The notes under the pieces: model-generated
Databases searched by the model: none
The model's input: the letters and a program-made list of their open reading frames with translations, nothing else
Told to the model about the DNA's origin: nothing
Shown here: positions 13,040 to 25,009 of the stretch, piece after piece
Layout of the letters: every line of letters begins with the position of its first letter
Numbering within the stretch: the stretch's first letter is position 1
Program-made: the position numbers and the translations under genes
Assembly: GCF_006345805.1 (NCBI RefSeq)
Contig: NC_043004.1
Location: forward strand, 72,230,001-72,294,000
Direction of reading: 5' to 3'
Length of the DNA: 64,000 nt
Source of the DNA: Octopus sinensis
Lineage: Eukaryota

Positions 13040-14440
13040 ATATATATATATTTTTTTTCCATCGATACAATATCTTGATGAAAGCATTCCCCTTGCTCAA
13101 ACACTGCTCCAAGGTCCTCTGCAAAACTTTCAGATGTGAATCAAGGAAATGGACTTTTAGTGACATCCCACAGCCCTTTGAAGCGTAGGAGTCTAGAAGA
13201 CATTTCACTCCATTTCTAAACTCCAGAGATCTCTTGTTGCCTAGGAAATTTTCACAGAGTCATTTGAAGGATTCCCAGGCTTTATGATCAGTCTCATCCA
13301 GTGCTGTGAGGAAGTGATTGTCCTTCAGAAGTTCTTTTACCTGCGGACCTATGAATACGCCTTCCTTCAGTTTTACCTCGGTGATTTGTGGCAATTTGGC
13401 CTTCACATATTCAAAGCCTGGCCAGTGTCTTCGCGCATTGTTCTATGAATACAAGCTTTATGTGAAGAAGAAGAAGAAGAAGAAGAAGAAGAAAGAAGAA
13501 GAAGAAGAAGAAGAAGAAGAAGAAGAAGAAGAAGAAGAAGAACATTTCTGGGTTTAAAAGTGGCTTACTCTGGACGCTAGAATCTCCCGGCACATATGAT
13601 TTTCGCAAAGGCCACTCTGATTGCACATAGTGCTTGTTAGTTGCACGACTGTCCCCTAGGCATAAAAAGCAACAATATTTCGTAAGCCCAGATTGCATTC
13701 ACATTAACATTCCAATCCCCTTCAAGTCTCCACATATTTTCCAGCTGTAGTTTGTATACTTTATGGCATTGAGGAGTACTTGCATGTTTTCATAACACTC
13801 ATTCATTTGCACTGAATGTCCTAGTGGAATGGATGGTTTCTTATTGCTGTTGTGTAGTAGTACTGCCTTGGGGCTTCTCTTAGATAAATCAATGAATAAG
13901 CACCATTCAGTTGGAACACGCTCTTGGAACAAACAGCGAAATAACTCATCAGTGTTATTACTGAAACAAAGTGGTTCATCAACAGAGAAGCATGAAGTCG
14001 GATCCCTATTTCTCTTTCTGAAATGAGTAATACAAACATATTTCTTAAGCAGAGCGGACACTTTCCTTGTAGGTGAGATACTAATAGTTCAGCTTTATCC
14101 TTCGAAATGACAAGTCTCTAACTAAATCATTTAACTCTCCTTGAGAAAATTTCTGTGGTTAGTCTTCAATTTCAATCGTGAAATCTGCATCCACTTTGGT
14201 GTCTTCACCAGCAGTAGTATTTTCTTCATGTAATACATCTTCGTCAGACATCTGAAGGCCATTTTCTGGTGCTATTGGAATAGGAAGATCATCATCGTTG
14301 TGTCATATTAATCTTTTCGCTGATTCCAAATTGGGATACACAATTTTATGCTTGATCTTTACAGTAAACTCACATACATTAACGTTGCAGAAATAACAGT
14401 CCATGAAAAGATCCTTTGGCTCTCTCCATATCATAAGCTA
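12880..14440 (-). mobile_element. Chapaev-type (CMC group) transposase pseudogene
   Basis: WREPK..DCYFC..IVYPNLESA (about 14330-14430), EWCLFIDLSKRSPKAVLLHNSNKKPSIPLGHS, WKICGDLK, QSGLTKYCCFLC, LHIKL, MSLKVHFLDSHL. Termini are approximate. Confidence 0.8.
13464..13542. repeat. (GAA)n tract inside the Chapaev transposase
   Basis: Direct reading. Confidence 0.95.
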
Positions 14441-15843
14441 TCCTCTGTTACATTTGTATACAAATTTCAGAATTTACTAATCGTACCTAAACTCATCTCC
14501 CAATTGCTCGTCATTATAAACACATTTCATAGTTTTAATTCTGAGATATTTCTTCTTCATATATTTTTTTTAAAGTTGTGACATGCTTAAACATTGTAGG
14601 GTTGATAAACATGAATCAAACTAAACTTAATATATAACATAGGCATCTCTGTTTATCGGAGCTAAATGAAAGTGAATGTAGTCTTGGACAGATCGGAACG
14701 CAGAAGACATAGTAAAGAATATGAAAAGTGCATGCCTTTCTCGGGGGACATTATCGACATTTACATCAATCCAAAATACAACCCTCAATCACACCTCCAT
14801 TTCATCATGATTTTAACCTCCTACAATTATCTATATTTTCTGACGACTCCTCTTTCAACAGCCTTCATTATAATTGGGCTAGTGAAAAATAAAAGAAACA
14901 AATAAACAAAGTGACAGCTATCAATATATTGCGAAGTTAGAATCCATTTCTTTTGTTCGTCAAGTGTGTAAATACATGTGACTTGTTTCAAGTTGTTTAT
15001 TTGCGTAGGTCGGTCGTTAGAAGTGGACATTGATTGGAAAACGAAGCTTATGATAAAACTGACAATTCTTTTATTTGTATCAAAGCGCTCTGGAGAGAAA
15101 GAAACAACGCGTTCAAGAAAACTAAAATAGCCTGACGACAACTTCTAGAGTTAGTGGCAAAGTAATTTCAAGTTGCTCACATATCTTTACAAAGGTGGAA
15201 AAGAATTGACCATATTGTTTTAAGATATCTTTCTCGAGGGCAGAGTTAAATCAACTGGTTTCATCGATCTGTGTCAGAACAACGATAAAAGATAAACGAA
15301 ATAACCCCGTTTACTGAAATTGGGAAAAAAAAGCATCAAGTGTTTCTGGAGAGAAACCTCTGTTTCGACGAATTTCAAGTAAAAGTGAATATTACATAGC
15401 TACTCTGTAACAGTCATGAGTCTTAAAGGTAAGTGAATGAATATTATAAGAAATTGAATGAGGGATAATAACCACAATTGTTTCTAATCTCTATTCGACC
15501 TTCCCTCTCGAATGTAACGAAAGGATAATAGAAGCTCAAATAATATACAGAATTCGATCCAAATGATTATATAACTTTGCTTTACAAAACTGCTACTTGG
15601 TACATTTGTGCCTGACATAGTCAGCATTTCAATGGAGGTTGCTGAGCATTTTACATCAAACGGTTGCAATTTTGAGGAACATCTGAAAGTGCACATTCTC
15701 AAAGTTTTTCAGACTCTACGCATTTTATGTCATCAAAACACATGGGAATAAATATAATTGTGAATTATTAATATCGCGTTCTGAAAGAATAAATAAAACC
15801 ACAGCTGCATTTCACCGCATTGACACAAAATTGTGTGACTAAA

Positions 15844-16096
15844 GTGGAGGCGCGTGGCTTAGGGGTTAGGGTGTCAGCATCATAATCGCAAGATTGTGGT
15901 TTCGATTCCTGGACCGGGCGACGCGTTGTGTTCTTAAGCAAAACATTTCATTTCACGTTGCTCCAGTCCACTCAGCTGACAAAAATGAGTAACGCTGCGA
16001 TAGACTGACATTCCCTCCAGTTGGGGAACACGTACGCCATTGAAATCGGGAAACGGAGTCCATGAGCCTGGCTAGGCTTTAAAGGGGCGCATTTAT
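15844..16096 (+). mobile_element. tRNA-derived SINE with conserved central domain (CORE/V-like)
   Basis: GTGGAGGCGCGTGGCTTAGGGGTTAGGG (A box), GTTTCGATTCC (B box), then GCAAAACATTTCATTTCACGTTGCTCCAGTCCACTCAGCTG. Confidence 0.85.
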
Positions 16097-16804
16097 TTGT
16101 TATTTTGTGTGACTGAGTTTTGTCTTTCCTGTTTTTTCCTTTTTCCTTCTTTTATTCTTTCTCCTTGCTATCCTATATGAAAGTATGAATACTTATAATG
16201 TCATTTTGTATGAAAAGGAACGGAGGACCTTTCTGCTTATATTTTGAATTTTTGTATTTCTATGTTTTTTTTTTTGTTTTTTTTTTTTTCGTTTTACATT
16301 TTGTATCAGAAGAAGACATAAAATCTGTCGAAAATTTGTTCGATTCATTCAGTTCAATAAACAGAGACAATCTCAATTCATGAAAAATCGCATCCCACTC
16401 TTCTTATTACAATTTATTGTTGTTGTCATTGTTATTGTCGTTGCTTTTAGAAGTATTGTTAAGATTATGATAGTTAATTTTAGTATTATTTAGATTTCAA
16501 TAATTAATCTTAATAGTATTACGGTAACAAATTTTTCTAATATTATGTTTATTATTAGTTGCGATATCATCCGCTAAATTTGTTGTAGTAGAAAAGAAAA
16601 GTTAATGTTACGATTGTTAAAACTACATTTATACTTATTAGAAGGAGGAAAATGTTTTGCAATGTAGCAAAACTTTCCTGACAAATATCGTAATGACGTA
16701 AACAGACCATTATCGATTGTCACCACTGTAAATCATTCTTACGTAACTTCAATCGATTACGCCGTTTATTGAAGTTTACAAGCATCGTTCATGAAACTCA
16801 TTAA

Positions 16805-16863
16805 GTTATTATTATTATTATTATTATTGAGTGAGAGAGCAGTTCATTATTATTATTAATATT

Positions 16864-16918
<55 letters not shown>

Positions 16919-16935
16919 TATCATTAATATTATTA

Positions 16936-16972
<37 letters not shown>
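16805..16972. repeat. (TTA)n microsatellite
   Basis: Direct reading. Confidence 0.95.
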
Positions 16973-16973
<1 letters not shown>

Positions 16974-18645
16974 ATTACCATTTCTATTACAATTTTAATA
17001 TGCATGCCATGGGACTCTCTTTCAGCCGTGGACTTAAAGAGAGAAATATAATAGTAAGTAGGTCCGGATCTGAAACAGAGGAAGGATGCTCGTGTAGAGG
17101 TAACGTCACACGTACACTTAAAGTCCTCTTTAACATGGAAACTGTGGAGTATGAGGCAAAGGTAACACAAAAGGCACATGTAGGCAACCGAACGTGCAAA
17201 GTATGTGGAAGCGACAGAAGGTCAATTCAGTACCAGATTTTGAAGCCATTAGTCCACCTTGAAAGTCTCAAAGAGATGAAATTCCAGGACTCTGGCCAGG
17301 AAAGTGTCATGGGATACAGCATAAAGTGGAAAGTCTTAAAGACATGCAAGATTTATTCTAATTTCAGCTGAAAATGTACGTTATGTTTAACTGAGGAAAA
17401 TAGCTCTCAGCACTCACACATTTACCTAAACTATAGAAGTGATATTTCTTACCTTTATCCTCTTAAAAAAAGAGTATATTTTATCGTACCTACAGTCACC
17501 ATCGGCAGTTCTTTATCTTTGGCTCCTTCACCATAATCTCCTGAGAATCCAGTGAAGAGTTTAACCAAAACATAGACAGACACGCAGAACGCAAGTATGC
17601 CATAACATGCACTTAGGCGTTCAAACACACATTAAGTACCACAGTTCTCCCACAAATTCTTGCACATATCGTACCCCTAAAGAGATTAATATCAAGCATT
17701 AACCGTACAGACATTTTCAGAATAATATTAGAAACCTTCGGAGCCGAGAGCCTTATGTCATAATATAATCATTCTCTAGTCATTTTTTCACTCCACCCAT
17801 AAACCGGGTGTATTTTTTTTCACCCGCAATAACAAGAGCAAACACCATATCTTCCCATTCCTGCAAGCTCTGACGAGGTCACGTTATTAATCAATCATGC
17901 TGTTTTCTCTTTTAATATCTAGTGAGAAACCAAAATCGTAGATTGGTTGTAAGGGATATATAACTTCTTTACACTATCATTGATCTACCGACTTTATAGA
18001 CAATAATTTTCTGCATATATTTTCTGACTTATTGATTCTTAAGCCCTATCCTCCCCCTCCTCCTTTCTCTCTCTGTCTCTCTCTCTCTCCTTCTGTCTCT
18101 CTTTCTCTCTCTCTCACTCTCTCTCTCACCTTTCTGTATATATATATATGAGATAAATCACTATTAGGCAACTCAAACAGTGATAGACATAACCAAAATA
18201 ACAAACCAAATATAATATAATTAATATAATATACAATAAATACATTAAAATTTAAATTATTACATTTTTTTATTTTTTTTATATATTTATAATTTTCATA
18301 TTTTTTTAATTTTTAATTTATAAATTTTTAAATCTTTAAACTTTAAAATTTTTTTATAACTAACTAAAAAGTATAAAATAGTTAAATATAATATAATAAG
18401 TAAAAACACTACGTACGTTTCATGGCTATAGTTCAATTCTAATAACAATTAAGTTTAAATTCAATTGAAAATTCGAATTAAAATTATAGTCAATCTTTAG
18501 GTTAATGGTAATAATTAAAGAAATAAGCAAATAGAGTTAAACAATATTTTTTTTAAATAAATAAAATATAAGTTTTCTTATAAAAAAAATCAAATTTATG
18601 TGAAATATTAATGTTTAATGTAAAAAATAGGTAGAAATAGGTATT

Positions 18646-20115
18646 TATCTGTTAAGATATAATATGGCTTTAAAAAACCTAATAAACTCACAAATATCCT
18701 TAACTTAGTTATAGTCAGTATCTAATTACCAAATTATTTAACAAAATAATCAATTTTCATATTTTTAAATTTAAGTTCACATATAATAATTATAAATTTT
18801 TTAAGAATATTAACTAAATTATTATCAATAAATATAATAATTAAGATCTAAAATTTATAAACGCTTAAAAGACGTTTTCCGTTTTAAACTTTTAGTTCAT
18901 GACACGACTTTGGAAAGCTAAGTAAACCATTTCTATTTAAGATTTTAAAGTATTTTAATAAGTTTTATTGTATACTATATAACTACTGATTGTTAATATG
19001 ATTATATAATCATTTAGTTGTTTAAGATATGTATATAATTATTAGATTATAACTGTACGTTATTTGTAAGGTATTACTTAGCCAAAGAGATATATAGATC
19101 GTAAATAGTTATACGATATTTTTAAGTTAGTTTATTAGTTTATAATTTAATTTTAATCTTTAATTTTTTTCATGTATCTATACATATATTATATTAATGT
19201 ATGCAGTATTGGATTAATTAATTTATTTATATTTCATTAAATGTCGATATATTTATTGATAGCGTAAATTTTAGATTTTAATTACTATATTTGTTGATAA
19301 TAATTTAGTTATTATTTTTTAAATATTATATAATTATTAGATGTGAACTTAAATCTAAAAATAGGAATAATGATTATTTAGTCGAATAATTTGGTAATTA
19401 AATATTGAATATAACTGAGTTAAGGATGTTCGTAAGTGTATTATGTTTTTTTAAGCCATATTATATCTTCATAGATATCTCTAATAGTGACTTTGTTCTC
19501 TTTATCTATTATAGCTAAAATATAGCCATTTTCCATGGATAATATTTATTCGTAATTTTCATCATTGATAAAATATATTCGTAGTTTTCACTTCACTGTT
19601 AAAGAATTTTCCATCTGTTTATATTAATTTTAGTAATGACACGATTTTTGAAAGCTAAGTAAACCTTTTCTGTTAAAGTTATTTTAATAAGTTATATTAT
19701 ATTGTATTGTATTAGATACTGTATAACTACTGATTGTTAATTTGATTCTATAATTATTTTGTTGTTGAAGATATGTATATCAATATTAGATTATAACTGT
19801 TCGTTATTTGTAAGGCATTACATAGCAAACGAGATATATAGATCCTTAAATAGTTATACAGTTCTTTTAAGATAGGTAATACGTTTATAATTTGCTTTTT
19901 CATCTTTAATTTCTTAATATATATATATATAAATATATTATATTAATATTTAATATTTACGTAAGTAATAATGGACTAATTAATTTATTTATTTTTCATT
20001 ATATTTCTATATATTTATTGATAGAGTAAATTTTAGATCTTAATTATAATATTTATTGATAATAATTTAGTTATTATTCTTAAATATTTTATAATTATTA
20101 GATGTGAACTTAAAT
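18646..20115. repeat. Very AT-rich block: about 739-bp-period direct repeat preceded by an inverted partial copy
   Basis: 18891-19353 matches 19630-20115 directly; 18646-18865 is the reverse complement of about 19261-19478. Confidence 0.8.
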
Positions 20116-20258
20116 TTTAAAATATTTATATTTATACTGTGAAATTTGATTTATCCTAAATCTAATTTTCCCCTGTAAGTTTGGATATACTCTCTTATAT
20201 TATTATTATGATTATTATTATTATTATTATATTATTATTATTATTATCATTATTATTA

Positions 20259-20326
<68 letters not shown>

Positions 20327-20436
20327 GTATATATATAGTTAATCCAAGCATTAAAACTCAAATAGAAAACACAACAACGCGAGGACAAGGAACAAGTACA
20401 GTGTTATAGGGCGCTCAGGAAAGGAAAGAAAGAAGG

Positions 20437-20476
20437 AGGATTTAACGTTTCGAGCGGAGCTCTTCGTCAGAAACAT
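20437..20476 (-). ncRNA. Minimal type I hammerhead-ribozyme motif (Penelope-associated type)
   Basis: Minus strand reads TGTTT-CTGACGA-A-GAGC-TCC-GCTC-GAAA-CGTT-AAATC: intact core, 4-bp stem II, palindromic stem III, short stem I. Confidence 0.65.
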
Positions 20477-20617
20477 AGAAAAGGGAAAGATCCAAGGAAG
20501 GGAATACGGAGGGAAAAATCGCCAAAGGTACACACGCGTCACATATATGAATATATATATATATATATATAATATTTTATACATATATATATTATATTAT
20601 ATATATTATATTATATA

Positions 20618-21462
20618 CTAGCAGAATTGCCCGGCTTGCTCGGGGCTGAATTGCTTGAAAGTACTGTTAATGATTGCACTGAATTATGATGATTATTCAG
20701 GCAAATATTGATATAAGTTTACTGTGGGAGATAAGGACTTAACGATCAAACGTGTGCCATTGCATTGTTTTAGGGGAACCAAATTTCTGATGAGCATTAT
20801 AGGGGCACCAACTTTAAGTTTGAGAAAGTGTGGTGGTAGTCCGGGGTGCTCAAAGGAATTGAGTACCTCTATTGGATAGTTGATGACGTCCTCTGGGTCA
20901 GGAGTTGTATCGATAGACTGATATACATAGACTTCCCCAGGAATGAGTTTTAGCATTTCATCATTAATATGGTGAACAGTTTTTATTCGTCGGGGCCAGT
21001 ATAGCCTTTTTGCCAATCCAATCCATATTCTGATATTAGCTTGTAGATCTTGGAACACTGCATCTCTGAGATCAGAAGGCGTCTTAACAATGGTACAAAT
21101 GGAATCGATGGCAATATTACCATTTTCATCCCCTGGTATTTGCCTTCGCCAAATGCAAGGAGGGTGTGAGGAAATGCTGCTGATGTGATATTACGTCGCG
21201 CATATGAGCACGCATATTGGTGTGAAGTTTGAGAGTTACTTCCCTTTATTTAAAAGATATGCATTAAAATGGAAACAAATTATGGTAAATTATTTGTAAA
21301 ATCGTAGACTCATTGTAGACGCGCGCTAATACCAGAAGGGCTCGATATGAATCACAACTATAAGATACCCGGTTTTGGTTAAACTGCATCGCAAAATGTG
21401 GGAGTAGTTAGGAATCTAAATCGGAGTAGACAGACACACAACCTTTCTTTTTATTATAAAGA
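20618..21462 (-). mobile_element. Non-autonomous Helitron retaining a PIF1-like helicase fragment
   Basis: Minus strand begins A|TC at 21462 and ends with hairpin CCCGAGC-AA-GCCGGG then CTAG|T at 20618. ORF 20693..21058 has GLPPHFLKLKVGAPIMLIRNL..CNGTRLIV. Confidence 0.9.
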
Positions 21463-21464
21463 TT

Positions 21465-21822
21465 TTCGTCCTAAAAAACTTTGTATGGATTGAATGGTTA
21501 CCTCTATGGAAATATATACACGCACATTATACATACATGTGTGCATAGATGAATATATAAATACATTTAAATATCTATATACACTTTTGGGCGATCTTTC
21601 TGCTACTTGGATATACTTTAGATCTTATATTCGTCCTAAATAACTTTGTATGGAGTGAATGGTTACCTCTATGGAAATATATACACACACATTATACATA
21701 CATCTGTGTATAGATGAATATATAAATACATTTAAATATCTATATACACTTTTGGGCGATCTTTCTGCTACTTGGATATACTTTAGATCTTATATTCGTC
21801 CTAAAAAACTTTGTATGAATTG
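21465..21822. repeat. 165-bp tandem repeat, about 2.2 copies
   Basis: TTCGTCCTAAA recurs at 21465, 21630 and 21795. Confidence 0.95.
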
Positions 21823-22079
21823 AAAAAGAAAATGAATTGAAATTTTTAAGAAATGAATTTGTTTACATACATGTGTGAAATGGCAAATGTTTGTGCAGTT
21901 GTCCGAAATGGAACCAGGGTAAATGTGTGGAACTGATGTATTATAATGAATAGTCCTTCTTGTTGTGAATATTAATTTGATTAATATGAACTGAAAACCA
22001 GTACGCACCCTCACACACACACACACACGCACACACACACACACACACTCACACACACGCACACACACACATAAGCTTA

Positions 22080-22493
22080 CAATTTTATTTATATATTTGC
22101 GTGTGTATGTGTGTAAAGAGGAAGTGGGAGTAATATGCAGAGTAAAGGCTTTGAAGTGAAATGGTAAAATATTTAGTTTTCTCGAATTTTTTTTGAAATG
22201 GGTGTGAAATTGAAAGAAATTTTGTATGCCATGACCGAATGGAAGAACTTTGAAAAATCATAGGTAAACTCTAATTGAAGAAATTGTGTGAGGAGTAAAT
22301 CGTTATGTATTTATTTGTTTCTGTTTGCTGTGTTTTTTTTTTTTGAGTAGTGGTTTAAAGTACACTTGCAAAGAGAAAGTATGAGTGAAGCAGTTCATCC
22401 GTTTTATATAAATACTTTCACTTTAATCGTTGCACACTTGCAAAGAGAAAGGAGGAGAAATTAGGGTGGATAGCATGAGCGAATCATTTCGCT

Positions 22494-22524
<31 letters not shown>

Positions 22525-22743
22525 CTGTAGCCCACACTAAGAAAAGCACTTCACTTACACACCACAAAGTGAGTTTTCTCGAAATTTTGCTTAATTGGGG
22601 GTGAAATTTGAAAAACTGTACCTGGCACGACCTGATGCATTCTACTCTTAAAACTGCTAGGTAAATTGTAATTGAAGAAATCCTATATTGTAGATTTCTA
22701 TAAGAGACAAAGGGAGGCAGATAAATCTGCCTTTATAATAAGA
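22080..22743 (-). mobile_element. Helitron 5' portion with internal sub-repeats; 3' end not found
   Basis: 5' end TCTTATTATAAAGGCAGATTTATCTGCCTCCC closely matches the 5' end at 23763; body is homologous to about 23480-23760. Confidence 0.7.
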
Positions 22744-23763
22744 CTAGCAGTATCGCCCGGCGTTGCTCGGGTTGTAAGGGAAATAACTATATAAGCATTT
22801 TTAGAGAGTTATAAGCCAAAAAGTAGCAAAAAAATGCATTAAAAATTGAAAAAAAATTAAGGTAAATTTTTCTTTAAATCGTTGACACATCGTAGATATT
22901 TTTAGAGAGTTACTTCCCTTATATAAAAGCGAAAAAAATGCATTAAAATTAAAAAATATGATGGTAATTTTTTTTTTAAATCGTAGACTCATCGTAGACC
23001 GCGCGCTAATACCCAGAAGGGCTCTTTTGTTATTCTGGGTAACTTTCTGTAAAATTATTAAAATTTTGTTCAACATCGCTATAGAAAATGGGTTATTAGC
23101 TAATATTCAATTGGGTATACAACAAAATTTTTACGATAGAATTTGTTATTCTGGGTAACTTTCTGATACCCATAATAATATTTATGGCAAAATAGGCCTT
23201 AATTTCATTTAAGGTTGTGGGAAATAACTAACTATCCTTTCTTTCGGTTTGTTTACGTTTAGCGTAATGATTTCAAATAGGCTCATTCGAAAAGTAAATA
23301 GAAGTAGTCTAAGGCTTTACTCTTCTGGGAAAGTCTGTGGCTTGGTCCAGTTTCTTCAGAAAACTCACCGAAAGTTTTTAAATTTTTTCACTCCATTCAG
23401 GTACCAATTCGTTTTCTTTATCGCTGTCGGATTCACTGTTTTCACTTTAATAGCTGCAAACTTGCAAAACACAAGGAGGAGAAGGGTGATAGCGTCAGTG
23501 AAACAATTCGCTCCCTTTGTGTGTGTGGCGTTTGCGTGTGGTGTAAACCAGACTAAGAAAAGCATTTGACACACACACCAGAATGTGAGTTTTCTGTAAA
23601 TTTTGCTTAATTGGAGTTTAAATTTTAAAAACTGGACCTGGCATGACGCGATGCATTGTACTCTTAAAATTGCTAGGTAAATTGTAATTGAAGAAATCCT
23701 ATATTGTAGATTTCTATAACTCCCAAAGGGAGGCAGATAAAATCTGCCTTTTATAATAAGAGA
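22744..23763 (-). mobile_element. Non-autonomous Helitron
   Basis: A|TC at 23763; 3' hairpin CCCGAGCAACGCCGGG plus CTAG at 22744-22747; shares GCGCGCTAATACC(C)AGAAGGGCTC with the Helitron at 20618. Confidence 0.85.
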
Positions 23764-23903
23764 TAAACCACACGCAGGCACACACTGACACACTGACACA
23801 ACACACACACATACTAATACACACTCATAGTAACATATATACATGTACATATAGTTATATACAGATATGTGTAATTATGTGTATGTATATGTATATTTTT
23901 CAG

Positions 23904-24233
23904 GAGTGGAAACGTCAATTCAATATCATTTGGTCCTCAGAGTGCTGCAAGCTTACACACTACTATTTTTTGTGACTCAGATAAGATGCAACTCAGAGTA
24001 TAAAGAAAGTCATTTCAAAAGACTTACTAAATCAAAATGCTTACTTGACAAATACAAAATAACTGAGACGACGGCATCTCGTACCCAGTGTGCAATTCAG
24101 TGTATATCACACGCTGAGTGTGGATATTTCAGCTATTGTAATGGAGCATGTCACATGTATCCAAAGATTTACAACGAAAAACTTGAAGATTATGATTGCG
24201 ACTGTTCATCGTATATTCTATTCAATGAAGACG
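23904..24233 (+). CDS. Host exon (330 nt, phase 1-1): signal-like segment plus PAN/apple domain of a secreted or cell-surface protein
   Basis: Acceptor TATTTTTCAG| and donor |GTACGT. Open frame VETSIQYHLVLRVLQAYTLLFFVTQIRC-NSEY...SRTQCAIQCISHAECGYFSYCNGACHMY with PAN-type cysteine spacing. Confidence 0.75.
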
Positions 24234-24305
24234 GTACGTAAAATATATATTCTTTGACCTATGTAATGTTTGTTATATTTCCATTACTTATCTAACGTTA
24301 TATAT

Positions 24306-24694
24306 GGGGGAGGGGAAGCACTACGTCGGTTACGACGACGAGGGTTCCGGTTGATCCGATCAACGGAACAGCCTGCTCGTGAAATTAACGTGTAAGTAGC
24401 TGAGCACTCCACAGATACGTGTACCCTTAACGTAATTCTCGGGGATATTCAGCGTGACACAGAGAGTGACAAGGCCGGCCCTTTGAAATACAGGTACAAC
24501 AGAAACAGGAAGTAAGAGTGAGAGAAAGTTGTGGTGAAAGAGTACAACAGGGGTCACCACCATCCCTGCCGGAGCCTCGTGGAGCTTTAGGTGTTTTCGC
24601 TCAATAAACACTCACAACGCCCGGTCTTGGAATCGAAACCGCGATCCTACGAGCGAGAGTCCACTGCCCTAACCACTGGGCCATTGCGCCTCCA
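24306..24694 (-). mobile_element. tRNA-derived SINE, full length, with 13-14 bp TSD
   Basis: Head GTGGAGGCGCAATGGCCCAGTGGTTAGGG..GGTTTCGATTCC; (C)TAACGTTATATAT is duplicated at 24292-24305 and 24695-24708. Confidence 0.92.
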
Positions 24695-24759
24695 CTAACG
24701 TTATATATATACATATATACATACAGTATACGTATAAATATATGAGTGTGTATGGATGT

Positions 24760-24824
<65 letters not shown>

Positions 24825-24947
24825 TCTCGTTCTCTCTATCTCTCTAACTTCATGTCTGCCCTCTTCTCTCCCGCTTTGCCATTCATTTCTTCCCTTGAGG
24901 TAGGTCTGGCACACACTAAAGTTGGCGTATTAATATTATTGATGATG

Positions 24948-25006
<59 letters not shown>

Positions 25007-25009
<3 letters not shown>

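Noticed and set aside
15484-15702. SSKLQPFDV, similar to the pogo transposase motif TSKLQPLD
   Set aside because: A single short motif, too little to call a feature.
15844-15920. tRNA-like sequences here and at about 11840-11913 and 24620-24694
   Set aside because: These are SINE heads that continue into SINE bodies, with no intact cloverleaf.
17000-17371. 123-aa plus-strand ORF, with a 28-nt AG..GT mini-exon candidate at 17026-17053
   Set aside because: No recognisable domain. The antisense strand has a weak RT-like stretch (AVSHDTFLARVL), suggesting a LINE relic. An ATG-to-donor reading is phase 0 and does not fit the PAN exon.
18130-20200. Possible mitochondrial insertion (NUMT)
   Set aside because: I could not recognise mitochondrial rRNA, tRNA or protein motifs, and the internal repeat structure suggests a TE. 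A BLAST search is needed to exclude it fully.
21465-21822. Regularly spaced repeats considered as CRISPR-like (also 43316-43625)
   Set aside because: Whole-unit tandem duplications without unique spacers, in eukaryotic DNA with no cas genes.
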